DNA from: Acidobacteriota bacterium
GTDB taxonomy: Bacteria > Acidobacteriota > Blastocatellia > Pyrinomonadales > Pyrinomonadaceae
Direction of reading: 5' to 3'
Assembly: GCA_031408595.1 (NCBI GenBank)
Contig: JANNWQ010000296.1
Coordinates: 916-64,915 of the forward strand
DNA length: 64,000 nt
Shown in pieces: positions 9,779 to 17,621 of this stretch. The position numbers and the translations under genes are program-made. The stretch's first letter is position 1. Each line of letters starts with the position of its first letter. The notes below the pieces were generated by a model that saw only the letters and a program-made list of their open reading frames with translations, searched no databases and was not told the origin of the DNA.

Positions 9779-12409
9779 TTACTCCAGGCCCGTTCGTTTC
9801 AGCATGTCGGCGTAGCGGGGGTCTGTGTTTAGGATGGCGACGCCCCGATCGACTTTTAGGAGGTAGGCAAGTCCGGATTTTTCAGCCAAAAGCTTTTCCA
9901 GCCAACCGAAGGCTTGATCGAAATCTCCCAACCATGCGGTGATCTGTGCCATGTAGAAGGGCGAAACGTTCACTTGCTTCGATCGGTCGACGAGTTCAGT
10001 CAGAATCTTACGGGCTTCTTCCTTGTTGCCGCTTTTTGCGTAGCTGAAGGCGAGGGCGGCGACCGCATCAGGGTGTCGCTTCGAGATTCTGACTGCTTGT
10101 TCCGCGAATTCGGCTGCCCTTGTAAGGTCACCTTTTTCTGCAGACGCTTTCGCTATGAACGCGTACCCGATCCAAAATTGGGCATCCAACTCGATCGATC
10201 TTTCAAAATAGCCAATAGCCGTATCATACTCGCCCATCCAATAGTATTGTCGACCGAGCAGCCATAACATTCGAGGCGATAGAGGGTCCAGATGCTGGGC
10301 CTTTTTCATCACGGTAACGGCCTCACTATGCCGACCCATTTGTCCCAAGAGGGATGCATAAGCAGAATGTGCATTTACCGAATTTTTATTTAGCTCGATC
10401 GACCGCAAGAAGAGTCTTTCGGCCTCTTTCCAGTTCAGGTACGTTTTCTCGATCCCGCCGAGGGCGGCGTGTACCTCGGCAAGCCCCGGATCGAGAGCCA
10501 GAGCTCGTTCGGCGGCAAGCCGGGCTTGAAACGAGACCGGATCAGGCGAGAGAAATCCAAAGGCACCCTGAAGGCTATATGCGTCAGCCAGTCCGGCATA
10601 GGCCAATGCATAATTCGCATCCAGGCTGATCGCCTTTCGGAAAAGTTCGATCCCGCGCTCTATATCTTCGGCCGTCTGCTTATTCGTTTGAAAGCGGCCT
10701 TGCAGGTAGAGCTCGTACGCCTCAGCGTTATCGGTGTATCTTTTCGCCAGATTGTCTTCGTCACTTTTTGAAAGGTCGATTCGTAGCGTGCGGGCGAGTT
10801 GCTGTGCGATCTCGGTGTGGATGACCACGATATCCGCTGCTTTTCTAGAGTAGTTGTCGCCCCAGATCTGCCTGCCATTGGCGACGTCTACCAATTCCGT
10901 CTGAAGAATGATCGAGTCACCTCTTTGAGTAAAACGTCCTGTAACGACCGCGTCGACATTTAGATCTTGTCGGATCTTTACAAGGTCAAAAGGCTTATTT
11001 TTAAACGAGAATGAGGTGCTTCGGGCGGTGACACTGACGTTTGGTAGCCGGGCAAGGCTATTGATAAGGCTCTCGGTTATGCCATCGGAAATATATTCGG
11101 ACCCGGGATCGCCAGTGTCGTTGACGAACGGCAAAACGGCTATCGAACTGATCTGTTTTTGATTTGTCGGCCGCAAGTAAAAGTAACCAGCCATGCCCGC
11201 GACAACCAGGAAAACGACTACCGCAGCGATGGCAAATGTATTGCGATTTCCGAGTTTTGTTGGAGCTCCTTTCTGCTGGTTGCTGGAGATGAGTCTTGTC
11301 TTCCCGCTGCCAAACCGGGAGTCTGTTTGGATGTCCTGTCTGAGTCTCTTGAGATCGATCAGAACGTCGGCAATCGTCTGGTAACGCAGTGATCTGTCCT
11401 TGCACAGAGATTTAGAGACGATGCTTTCGAGCTGAAAATTTGTCTCACTTACGGGCAGATTGAGCGGAGCCGGGTCGTGCTCGAGGATCGCGACCAAGAC
11501 GTCTGTTGCGGTGTCGCCCTCAAAGGGTTTGCGGCCCGTGATCATCTCGGAGAGCACAACGCCAAAACTCCAAATATCGGTCTGGGCATCCACCACCTGG
11601 GCGCGGGCCTGCTCGGGCGACATATAGTTGACCGTACCCATGACTACGCCGGGCTCGGTGTTAAATCGACGCGTCGATAAGGCGGAATCATGGCCGGAAT
11701 TTTCCGTTCTATCCTCGCTGATCTTGGCGAGGCCAAAATCCAAAACCTTCACATATCCGTCGACACGGATCATTATATTTTCGGGCTTGATGTCGCGATG
11801 AACTACCTTTGCAGTGTGAGCGGCAAGCAAAGCCTCGCAGATCTGGATCGCGATCTCGAGAGTATCGGCAATGGGGATCAGCCCATTCAACAAACGTTCG
11901 CGGAGAGTAATGCCATCGACAAGTTCGGTAGCGATGAAGTGGACAGAATCCCGCTGGCCGATCTCATGAACCGTGAGGATATTTGGATGATTCAGTGCTG
12001 AAACGACCTTTGCCTCTCGCCTGAAACGCGCCAGCCGGTCGGCGTCCTCAGAGAGATGCGCCGGTAATATCTTTAGGGCGATGTTGCGGTCGAGCTCGGC
12101 GTCGCGGGCACGATAAACCTCGCCCATACCGCCACGTCCGACGACACCGGTGATCGTAAAGCGCCCAAATTGTTGTCCTGTTAGATCTTGCCCCATCGAT
12201 AGTGCGAGGTGTTTTGCCTCGATCTCTAAAGCGTCACCGGCGAGAAAGCTGGCGGAAGACTCGTAATTCTCGACCATCGATTCGACCTCGCGGATCAGAG
12301 TATGGTCGCCACCACAGCTATCAGAAATGAAATCGGCGCGCAGGTGCGGTTCGCGCTCGAGGGCGGAATCGACTATTTTCTCAACCTCTTTCCAGCGTTC
12401 AGGCGTCAC
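9779..12409 (-). CDS. Ser/Thr protein kinase with one TM helix and an extracytoplasmic TPR-repeat domain
   Basis: Hanks motifs GRGGMGEVYRA, HRDIKPENIM, DFGLA and SPEQ; TM helix FAIAAVVVFLVVAGMAGYFYL; C-terminal TPR repeats. GTG start overlaps the sigma gene stop by 11 nt. Confidence 0.9.
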   Translation of the reverse strand: MTPERWKEVEKIVDSALEREPHLRADFISDSCGGDHTLIREVESMVENYESSASFLAGDALEIEAKHLALSMGQDLTGQQFGRFTITGVVGRGGMGEVYRARDAELDRNIALKILPAHLSEDADRLARFRREAKVVSALNHPNILTVHEIGQRDSVHFIATELVDGITLRERLLNGLIPIADTLEIAIQICEALLAAHTAKVVHRDIKPENIMIRVDGYVKVLDFGLAKISEDRTENSGHDSALSTRRFNTEPGVVMGTVNYMSPEQARAQVVDAQTDIWSFGVVLSEMITGRKPFEGDTATDVLVAILEHDPAPLNLPVSETNFQLESIVSKSLCKDRSLRYQTIADVLIDLKRLRQDIQTDSRFGSGKTRLISSNQQKGAPTKLGNRNTFAIAAVVVFLVVAGMAGYFYLRPTNQKQISSIAVLPFVNDTGDPGSEYISDGITESLINSLARLPNVSVTARSTSFSFKNKPFDLVKIRQDLNVDAVVTGRFTQRGDSIILQTELVDVANGRQIWGDNYSRKAADIVVIHTEIAQQLARTLRIDLSKSDEDNLAKRYTDNAEAYELYLQGRFQTNKQTAEDIERGIELFRKAISLDANYALAYAGLADAYSLQGAFGFLSPDPVSFQARLAAERALALDPGLAEVHAALGGIEKTYLNWKEAERLFLRSIELNKNSVNAHSAYASLLGQMGRHSEAVTVMKKAQHLDPLSPRMLWLLGRQYYWMGEYDTAIGYFERSIELDAQFWIGYAFIAKASAEKGDLTRAAEFAEQAVRISKRHPDAVAALAFSYAKSGNKEEARKILTELVDRSKQVNVSPFYMAQITAWLGDFDQAFGWLEKLLAEKSGLAYLLKVDRGVAILNTDPRYADMLKRTGLE

Positions 12410-13001
12410 TAATGTTTTTGATTAATTCGCTCTTTAGCCAGGCCCGGGCCATCATCCAATCTCGTTCGACCGTCTTTACAGATACGCCAATTATCTCGGC
12501 GATCTCAGGGTTGCTCAAACCGCCGAAAAAACGGAGCTCAACGAGACGGCCCTTGCGCTCGTCCATTTTTGTCAGACGCGATAGTGCGTCGTCCAGCAAT
12601 TCAAGATCCCATTGCCCGTCCTCAGATGACCGCTCGGCTACGCTGATCGAGACTCTCTGTAGATCGCCGCCACGCTTCTCGGCGTTCCGCGTGCGTGCAT
12701 GATCGACCAGTATCCGACGCATTATCTCGGCCGCAACACCCACAAAATGCGATCGATTTTGCCATTCGATCCGAGTGTTCCCATTCAGACGGAGATACGC
12801 TTCGTTGATCAAAGCCGTGGCTTGCAGCGTGTGATCAGGCCGTTCACGCCGCAGATAATTTTGCGCCAACCGATGAAGCTCCTCGTAGACAAGCGGAACT
12901 AGATGACTTAGAGCATCTTTCTCTCCGCTGATTGATGCCGAAGCCGGCGAAAGAATATCCACAGGCCTTAATATTAGCCCTAAAATAGAACTGTTGTCCA
13001 A
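12399..13001 (-). CDS. ECF-type sigma-70 family factor (TIGR02999-like, kinase-associated type)
   Basis: LVPLVYEELHRLAQNYLRRERPDHTLQATALINEAYLRL (region 2) and a region 4 HTH (FFGGLSNPEIAEIIGVSVKTVERDW). The start codon is uncertain (TTG at 13001 or a downstream GTG). Confidence 0.85.
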   Translation of the reverse strand: MDNSSILGLILRPVDILSPASASISGEKDALSHLVPLVYEELHRLAQNYLRRERPDHTLQATALINEAYLRLNGNTRIEWQNRSHFVGVAAEIMRRILVDHARTRNAEKRGGDLQRVSISVAERSSEDGQWDLELLDDALSRLTKMDERKGRLVELRFFGGLSNPEIAEIIGVSVKTVERDWMMARAWLKSELIKNISDA

Positions 13002-13142
13002 AAAAACTTTTTTCGGTGAGGGTATTGATACGAATATTCCGCGTTACTAGATGAAGGGGAAAAAGCAAAACAGATACTTGGATCAAACAGAAAAGATGAA
13101 GCGCTGCTTTTGGCCCCCAATTAAAAACTAAGGAGAATCATT

Positions 13143-13610
13143 ATGATCAATACAAAACGACTTCGGCTGGTAGCATTATTTATCGGATTACTTTCAATAT
13201 CGACCCTCGCTCAAACGAGTGAGAATCACAATTCCCCGTCTATCGAAGGTTCCTGGTCGGCGTCCGTGACGATCGACCAAGGGCCGACGATCCTGGCACT
13301 GGTTACATACGGAGCAGGCGGGGGCCTGACAGAGTCGGACATCCTTTTCCCGCCGTCGCAGGTAAGCCCAGGACACGGTAACTGGTCGGCCAAACGCCGC
13401 ACGATAAGCAACACGATCGTAAAACTCAACTTCGACCCGCAAGGACAATTCGTCGGAACCATAAAGGTGCGCGAACAAGTGGTTCTAAGCCATGATGGCT
13501 CGGAATACACAGGGCGAGGTAAAGCCGAGATCTTTGATCCTCAAGGAAACCTGCTGGTCGCGATCAACTATACAACGCACGGCCGCCGGATCGGGGTGCA
13601 ACAGCTCTGA
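13143..13610 (+). CDS. small secreted hypothetical protein
   Basis: SD AAGGAG upstream of the ATG. Signal peptide MINTKRLRLVALFIGLLSISTLAQT. Divergent from the sigma gene. Confidence 0.7.
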   Translation: MINTKRLRLVALFIGLLSISTLAQTSENHNSPSIEGSWSASVTIDQGPTILALVTYGAGGGLTESDILFPPSQVSPGHGNWSAKRRTISNTIVKLNFDPQGQFVGTIKVREQVVLSHDGSEYTGRGKAEIFDPQGNLLVAINYTTHGRRIGVQQL

Positions 13611-13636
13611 TCGCAACTCAAAAAGAATCGATAGAA

Positions 13637-13667
13637 AAGCCGTCCGGGCACGAGTCTGGACGGCTTT
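13637..13667. terminator. 10-bp GC-rich hairpin between convergent genes (putative terminator)
   Basis: AAAGCCGTCC-gggcacgagtct-GGACGGCTTT followed by ATCTTTG. Confidence 0.55.
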
Positions 13668-13695
13668 ATCTTTGAATCGCAATAGGAGCTATCAG

Positions 13696-14901
13696 TCAAC
13701 GATGCTTGGCAGAAAAGGCCTCTACGCGATCCGCGTGTTTGCTTAGGAGCATCTGATAAACCTCCGCAATATCCGCGACCATTTTTTCGGTGCGGAAATT
13801 GGGGTCGACGTGTTTGCGGCCGTTTTGGCCTAGTTTGTGGCGGAGGTCTTCGTCCTCTAATAAATGGGCGATACGGTCGGCGAGGCCGACGTTGTCGAAG
13901 GCTTTGACGAGGTAGCCGGTGTAGTCATCGATGACGACCTCGGGGGCTCCGTCGATGTCGAAGGAGACGCAGGGTTTGCCCATCGCGAGCGACTGGGGCA
14001 GGACGCGGGCAAGGCCTTCGCGCAAGGATGTGTGGACAACGACGTCCATTGCGGAGATCATCTCTGGGATGCGTTCCCGAGGAATGAGGCCGGCGAATAC
14101 AAAATTATCGAGAATGCCGTAGCCGCGTGCACGATCCTGAAGATGTTCGAGCAGCACGCCGTCGCCGATGAGGAAGAAGCGGACGTTGGGGACGCGTTTG
14201 ACGATCTCAGGTGCGGCGTCCATCAGTTCGTCGTGGCCTTTCAATGGGAATAGCCGCGCGATCTTGCCGACGACCGGTGCGCCCGGCGGGATGCCGAACT
14301 CCTCTTTTACTTTATCCGCGTCGAATTTTGCGTTGAGGAACCAGTCGAGTTCCATCCCGCTATAGATCGTTCTATATCGCTCCGGCTCGGCGATACCTGC
14401 GGCCAGGGCTTTTTTCACAATGATCTCGGACACGCTGATATAGAAATCAGTGACAGGAGCACAGATCTTTTTTACCAGACGCCAGGTTCGATTGACGACC
14501 CACGGTTGGTAGTCGTGAAAAACGAGACTGTGCAGCGTGTGGACGATGATCGGCGTCCCGGCGAGCCAAGCGGCGAGGCGTCCGAGCACACCGGCCTTTG
14601 ACGAGTGCGTGTGGACGATATGGTAGCGGCCTTTTTTGATCAGCTTGTAGAGCTTCCAAAAAGCAACGAGGTCCGAGAGCGGATTGATCGAACGGCCCAT
14701 CTTGGGTAAGACGATCAGATTGGTCGTCTCACGCGCCTGCGTAAGGAGTTCGCCTTCCTTGCCTTTGTCGATGCCGGATATGAAATCGACCTCATACTCA
14801 AGCATTGCATCAAGCCCGACGACTGAGAGCAGAGTATTCTCCTGCGCCCCGCCGACGATCATGCGGGTGATGATGTGGAGGACGCGGACCGGTTTAGACA
14901 T
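13696..14901 (-). CDS. glycosyltransferase family 4 (GT-B, group 1)
   Basis: VLHIITRMIVGGAQ N-terminus, an EGLARVLPQSLAMGKPCVSFDIDGAPEVV E-x7-E region, and 401 aa length. Confidence 0.9.
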   Translation of the reverse strand: MSKPVRVLHIITRMIVGGAQENTLLSVVGLDAMLEYEVDFISGIDKGKEGELLTQARETTNLIVLPKMGRSINPLSDLVAFWKLYKLIKKGRYHIVHTHSSKAGVLGRLAAWLAGTPIIVHTLHSLVFHDYQPWVVNRTWRLVKKICAPVTDFYISVSEIIVKKALAAGIAEPERYRTIYSGMELDWFLNAKFDADKVKEEFGIPPGAPVVGKIARLFPLKGHDELMDAAPEIVKRVPNVRFFLIGDGVLLEHLQDRARGYGILDNFVFAGLIPRERIPEMISAMDVVVHTSLREGLARVLPQSLAMGKPCVSFDIDGAPEVVIDDYTGYLVKAFDNVGLADRIAHLLEDEDLRHKLGQNGRKHVDPNFRTEKMVADIAEVYQMLLSKHADRVEAFSAKHR

Positions 14902-15556
14902 TTGCTACGACAAGATAATCGCGGTCGAGGTGAATGAACTCGAAATCGGTCACGCCTGATTTGGCGAGGATGTCGCGGACCTGAGCTTCCGTGTAGAGGA
15001 AAAGGGGCGTGCCTTTCATCCAGAAACGGAAGCGGCGCAGCGGTATTCGCCACTCGACCGCCTTTGGGAAGCTCATTATCATTTTGCCTTTTGTCAGTTC
15101 TCTCATTGCCGTTATGATCGGCACCGGATGCTCGACATAATCGAAAAATCCATTGCCTGTGCAGCCGTCAAACGGAGCGTCGGCCGGGTCGATATCATCG
15201 GGAAAAGTACCGATGATAAACTCGCATTTGTCAGCGACTCCGGCGTCATTGGCGAGCTTATCGGCAATCTCGATCATGCCTTGGGCAAAGTCGATCCCAA
15301 TGACCTTCTCCGCGCCCTCGCGTGCGTAGGCGATGCAAAATCGGCCCGAACCGCAGCCGACGTCGAGAATCTTTTTGCCCTCGAAGGGCCGTAGTTTCTC
15401 GACGTTTAGCTCAAGGCGCTTCTGCACGACGCCCCGCCAGTAATTGTCAATAAACGCAGCTATCGGCCCTTTTTTAGCCTCATAGATCGCGTCAAAGCGT
15501 TCAGCGTCATCGTGAAAATGATCGCGTACTTTGTCTTCTACAGTTGGAGTTGCCAT
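14894..15556 (-). CDS. class I SAM-dependent methyltransferase
   Basis: Motif I ILDVGCGSGRF. 8-nt overlap with the downstream GT4. Confidence 0.85.
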   Translation of the reverse strand: MATPTVEDKVRDHFHDDAERFDAIYEAKKGPIAAFIDNYWRGVVQKRLELNVEKLRPFEGKKILDVGCGSGRFCIAYAREGAEKVIGIDFAQGMIEIADKLANDAGVADKCEFIIGTFPDDIDPADAPFDGCTGNGFFDYVEHPVPIITAMRELTKGKMIMSFPKAVEWRIPLRRFRFWMKGTPLFLYTEAQVRDILAKSGVTDFEFIHLDRDYLVVANV

Positions 15557-15566
15557 AAAACTTTAT

Positions 15567-15621
15567 TTTAACGCAGAGAACGCAAAGATCGCAGACAAAA
15601 CTCAGCGATCTCTGCGTTAAA
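15567..15621 (-). other. perfect 13-bp inverted repeat (intercistronic stem-loop) between deacetylase and methyltransferase genes
   Basis: TTTAACGCAGAGA (15567-15579) pairs with TCTCTGCGTTAAA (15609-15621). The 29-nt interior holds a second GATCGC/GCGATC pairing. Confidence 0.4.
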
Positions 15622-15627
15622 TGCAAA

Positions 15628-16458
15628 CTAACTTATCCCCAAAACCTCGCCCATCGGGGCCATTTTGAAATCTCTCAGCAGCTTTTTCAGCCGCCGCTCA
15701 GTCGCACCCAGGTTGAAATAATGCGTCAGGGCGATCCGTCGCGGCACGTCGATCCGCGGATGGTCGGGGTCGAGTTCCCACGGGTGCAGGTAAAATGTGA
15801 CCGGCTGTCCTTCGCGGTTGACGGCCTTGATCGCCTGTTTTGTTACCTGATAGGGATAAATTCGAAAATACGCCCCGCCCGAGATCGGCATCGTGAAGCC
15901 CGGCAATTTCAACGTCGAGATCGGAAACTCGACGAACTCAAACTTTTCACGTTTGATCGTATACGGAAATCGCGGTGCACCGGCAATGCCGTAGCGATAA
16001 TTGAGCACCGGGAAAATGCTCGAATCGTACTTGATGCCGAGCTCGCCGAGAATATCGAGCGCCCAGAGCGAATCCTTAGTTATCGAAAAGAACGGGGCAC
16101 GATGGCCGAGCACTTTCTTGCCCGTTAAATCTTCAAGAAACCCTATCGCCCGCGTCAATTCTTCCTTGAACAACGCCGGTTCCTGCTTATATATCAACGT
16201 ATGCGAAAACCCGTGCGTTCCGATCTCATGCCCCTCGGCCTCAATGCGTTTGACGATCTCAGGATGCTTTTCGGCGACATAACCGAGCATGAAGAAGGTT
16301 GCTTTTGCACCTGCCTCATCGAGGATTCTCAAAAGCTTATCGCCGACCATCTCGATGCGATCTTCGTACTTATCCCAATCCGAATACGGGATCTCGATGC
16401 CTTGATACCAGTCTTCAAAGTCGATCGTTAGTGCATTTGTAATGCGATCTGCTTTCAT
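15628..16458 (-). CDS. polysaccharide deacetylase (NodB-fold, PEP-CTERM-locus type with DUF3473-like C-terminus)
   Basis: NALTIDFEDWYQ, ATFFMLGYVAEKHPEIVKRIEAEGHEIGTHGFSH. Confidence 0.85.
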   Translation of the reverse strand: MKADRITNALTIDFEDWYQGIEIPYSDWDKYEDRIEMVGDKLLRILDEAGAKATFFMLGYVAEKHPEIVKRIEAEGHEIGTHGFSHTLIYKQEPALFKEELTRAIGFLEDLTGKKVLGHRAPFFSITKDSLWALDILGELGIKYDSSIFPVLNYRYGIAGAPRFPYTIKREKFEFVEFPISTLKLPGFTMPISGGAYFRIYPYQVTKQAIKAVNREGQPVTFYLHPWELDPDHPRIDVPRRIALTHYFNLGATERRLKKLLRDFKMAPMGEVLGIS

Positions 16459-16619
16459 AACATCGGACGTATAGTGGCTACTGGAGGCGTGTTGTACAAA
16501 TCTAAAGCCTCGCGAAGATTTTGAACCGCTTCGTAGTGGGTTCGGCCCTGGGATGCCAATTCAAAATCCGAACATTTGGCGATAAACCAATCCCCCTCTC
16601 GCCACACTTCGTACTTCAT
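16455..16619 (-). CDS. HicB-like (UPF0150) small protein, no HicA partner seen
   Basis: MKYEVWREGDWFIAKCSDFELASQGRTHYEAVQNLREALDLY matches the HicB N-domain pattern. Internal ATG of track ORF 16455..16700, preceded by GAGGA. ATGA overlap with the deacetylase start. Confidence 0.6.
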   Translation of the reverse strand: MKYEVWREGDWFIAKCSDFELASQGRTHYEAVQNLREALDLYNTPPVATIRPML

Positions 16620-16781
16620 TTCCTCGTCCATGCCGCAACTAAGATGGTAACCGGCAGAAGCACTGCGAACCGAATCTTTCATCGGTCGGCGGCACCGCAT
16701 ACGATCGTGCGGGATGATCGCTACCGGTTACCAAGGTCAAAGTACGAGTTTATCACTGTGGCGAGCTATCAGACCACCCGC

Positions 16782-17621
16782 TTATGCAGGTGTTTCTCCC
16801 TTATACCCGACTGCCGTCCAAAACGATGTCGTACTAAAGGCAATGTTCTCAAGCCCGCATCGCTCCATCATCGCAGTGATCTCAGCCTTTGAGAACCGCT
16901 GTTCGAGCCGGGTGCCAAAGCGGTCGAGGGCGTCGTTTCGCATCACGTAGAAGCTGTTGTGGCGATATTGCGAAAGCGGGAAGCTTTCGACGTTCATGCC
17001 CAGTTTTTCAAGCAGCAACGCGGTGCGGGCGAGTGGCCAGTAGAGGAGCATTGCGAAAATTTGGCTGATCGCATATCGCGGCCCGTGCGGCATTCGGCAG
17101 ACGGCGGCGCGGATAGCATTACTCATTCGCCAGATCAAGCGGAACCACGCTGGGCGATTGTCGAAGCTGTAATAGAGATAGACGAGGAAAGGAGCTCCGG
17201 GTTTGAGCTTTGCGACGCATGCTCGCATTCCGGCCTCCGTGTCGGGAATGTGGTGCAGCACCCCGAGGCTATAACCAAAATTGCAACTCGCATCGTCAAG
17301 CGGAATGTTGTCTGCACCGGCCTGGGCGAATTCTACATTCCCGGCCCCGCCAAGATTGCGTTTCGCGACAGCGAGCGCGTCCTCGCTCGGATCAAATAAG
17401 TGCAGTTTGCCGACACGCGGTGCGACGAGTTTTGCCCACCGTCCACTGCCGCAGCCGAGGTCGAAACCGACGGCATTTTCGGGCAATTTATCCCACGGAA
17501 AGATGTTGAAATAGTTATCAAACATCCGACCGAGTTCTTCCTCAGTCAGAGCCGCCTGATCGAATCGCGACCACTCGTCGCCAAATCCGGCGACCACCTC
17601 GTTGTCAATATTTGCGGTCAT
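16782..17621 (-). CDS. class I SAM-dependent methyltransferase
   Basis: GFDLGCGSGRWAKLV motif I. The ATG at 17621 gives an ATGA overlap with the asnB-like stop (the track start at 17648 is TTG). Confidence 0.85.
   Translation of the reverse strand: MTANIDNEVVAGFGDEWSRFDQAALTEEELGRMFDNYFNIFPWDKLPENAVGFDLGCGSGRWAKLVAPRVGKLHLFDPSEDALAVAKRNLGGAGNVEFAQAGADNIPLDDASCNFGYSLGVLHHIPDTEAGMRACVAKLKPGAPFLVYLYYSFDNRPAWFRLIWRMSNAIRAAVCRMPHGPRYAISQIFAMLLYWPLARTALLLEKLGMNVESFPLSQYRHNSFYVMRNDALDRFGTRLEQRFSKAEITAMMERCGLENIAFSTTSFWTAVGYKGETPA

Noticed and set aside
9574-13945. The possibility that the GT4 repeat pair is a diversity-generating retroelement TR/VR pair.
   Set aside because: The mismatches are not restricted to adenines in one copy (only about 6 of 16). 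There is no reverse transcriptase nearby, and the left copy lacks a 5' gene body.
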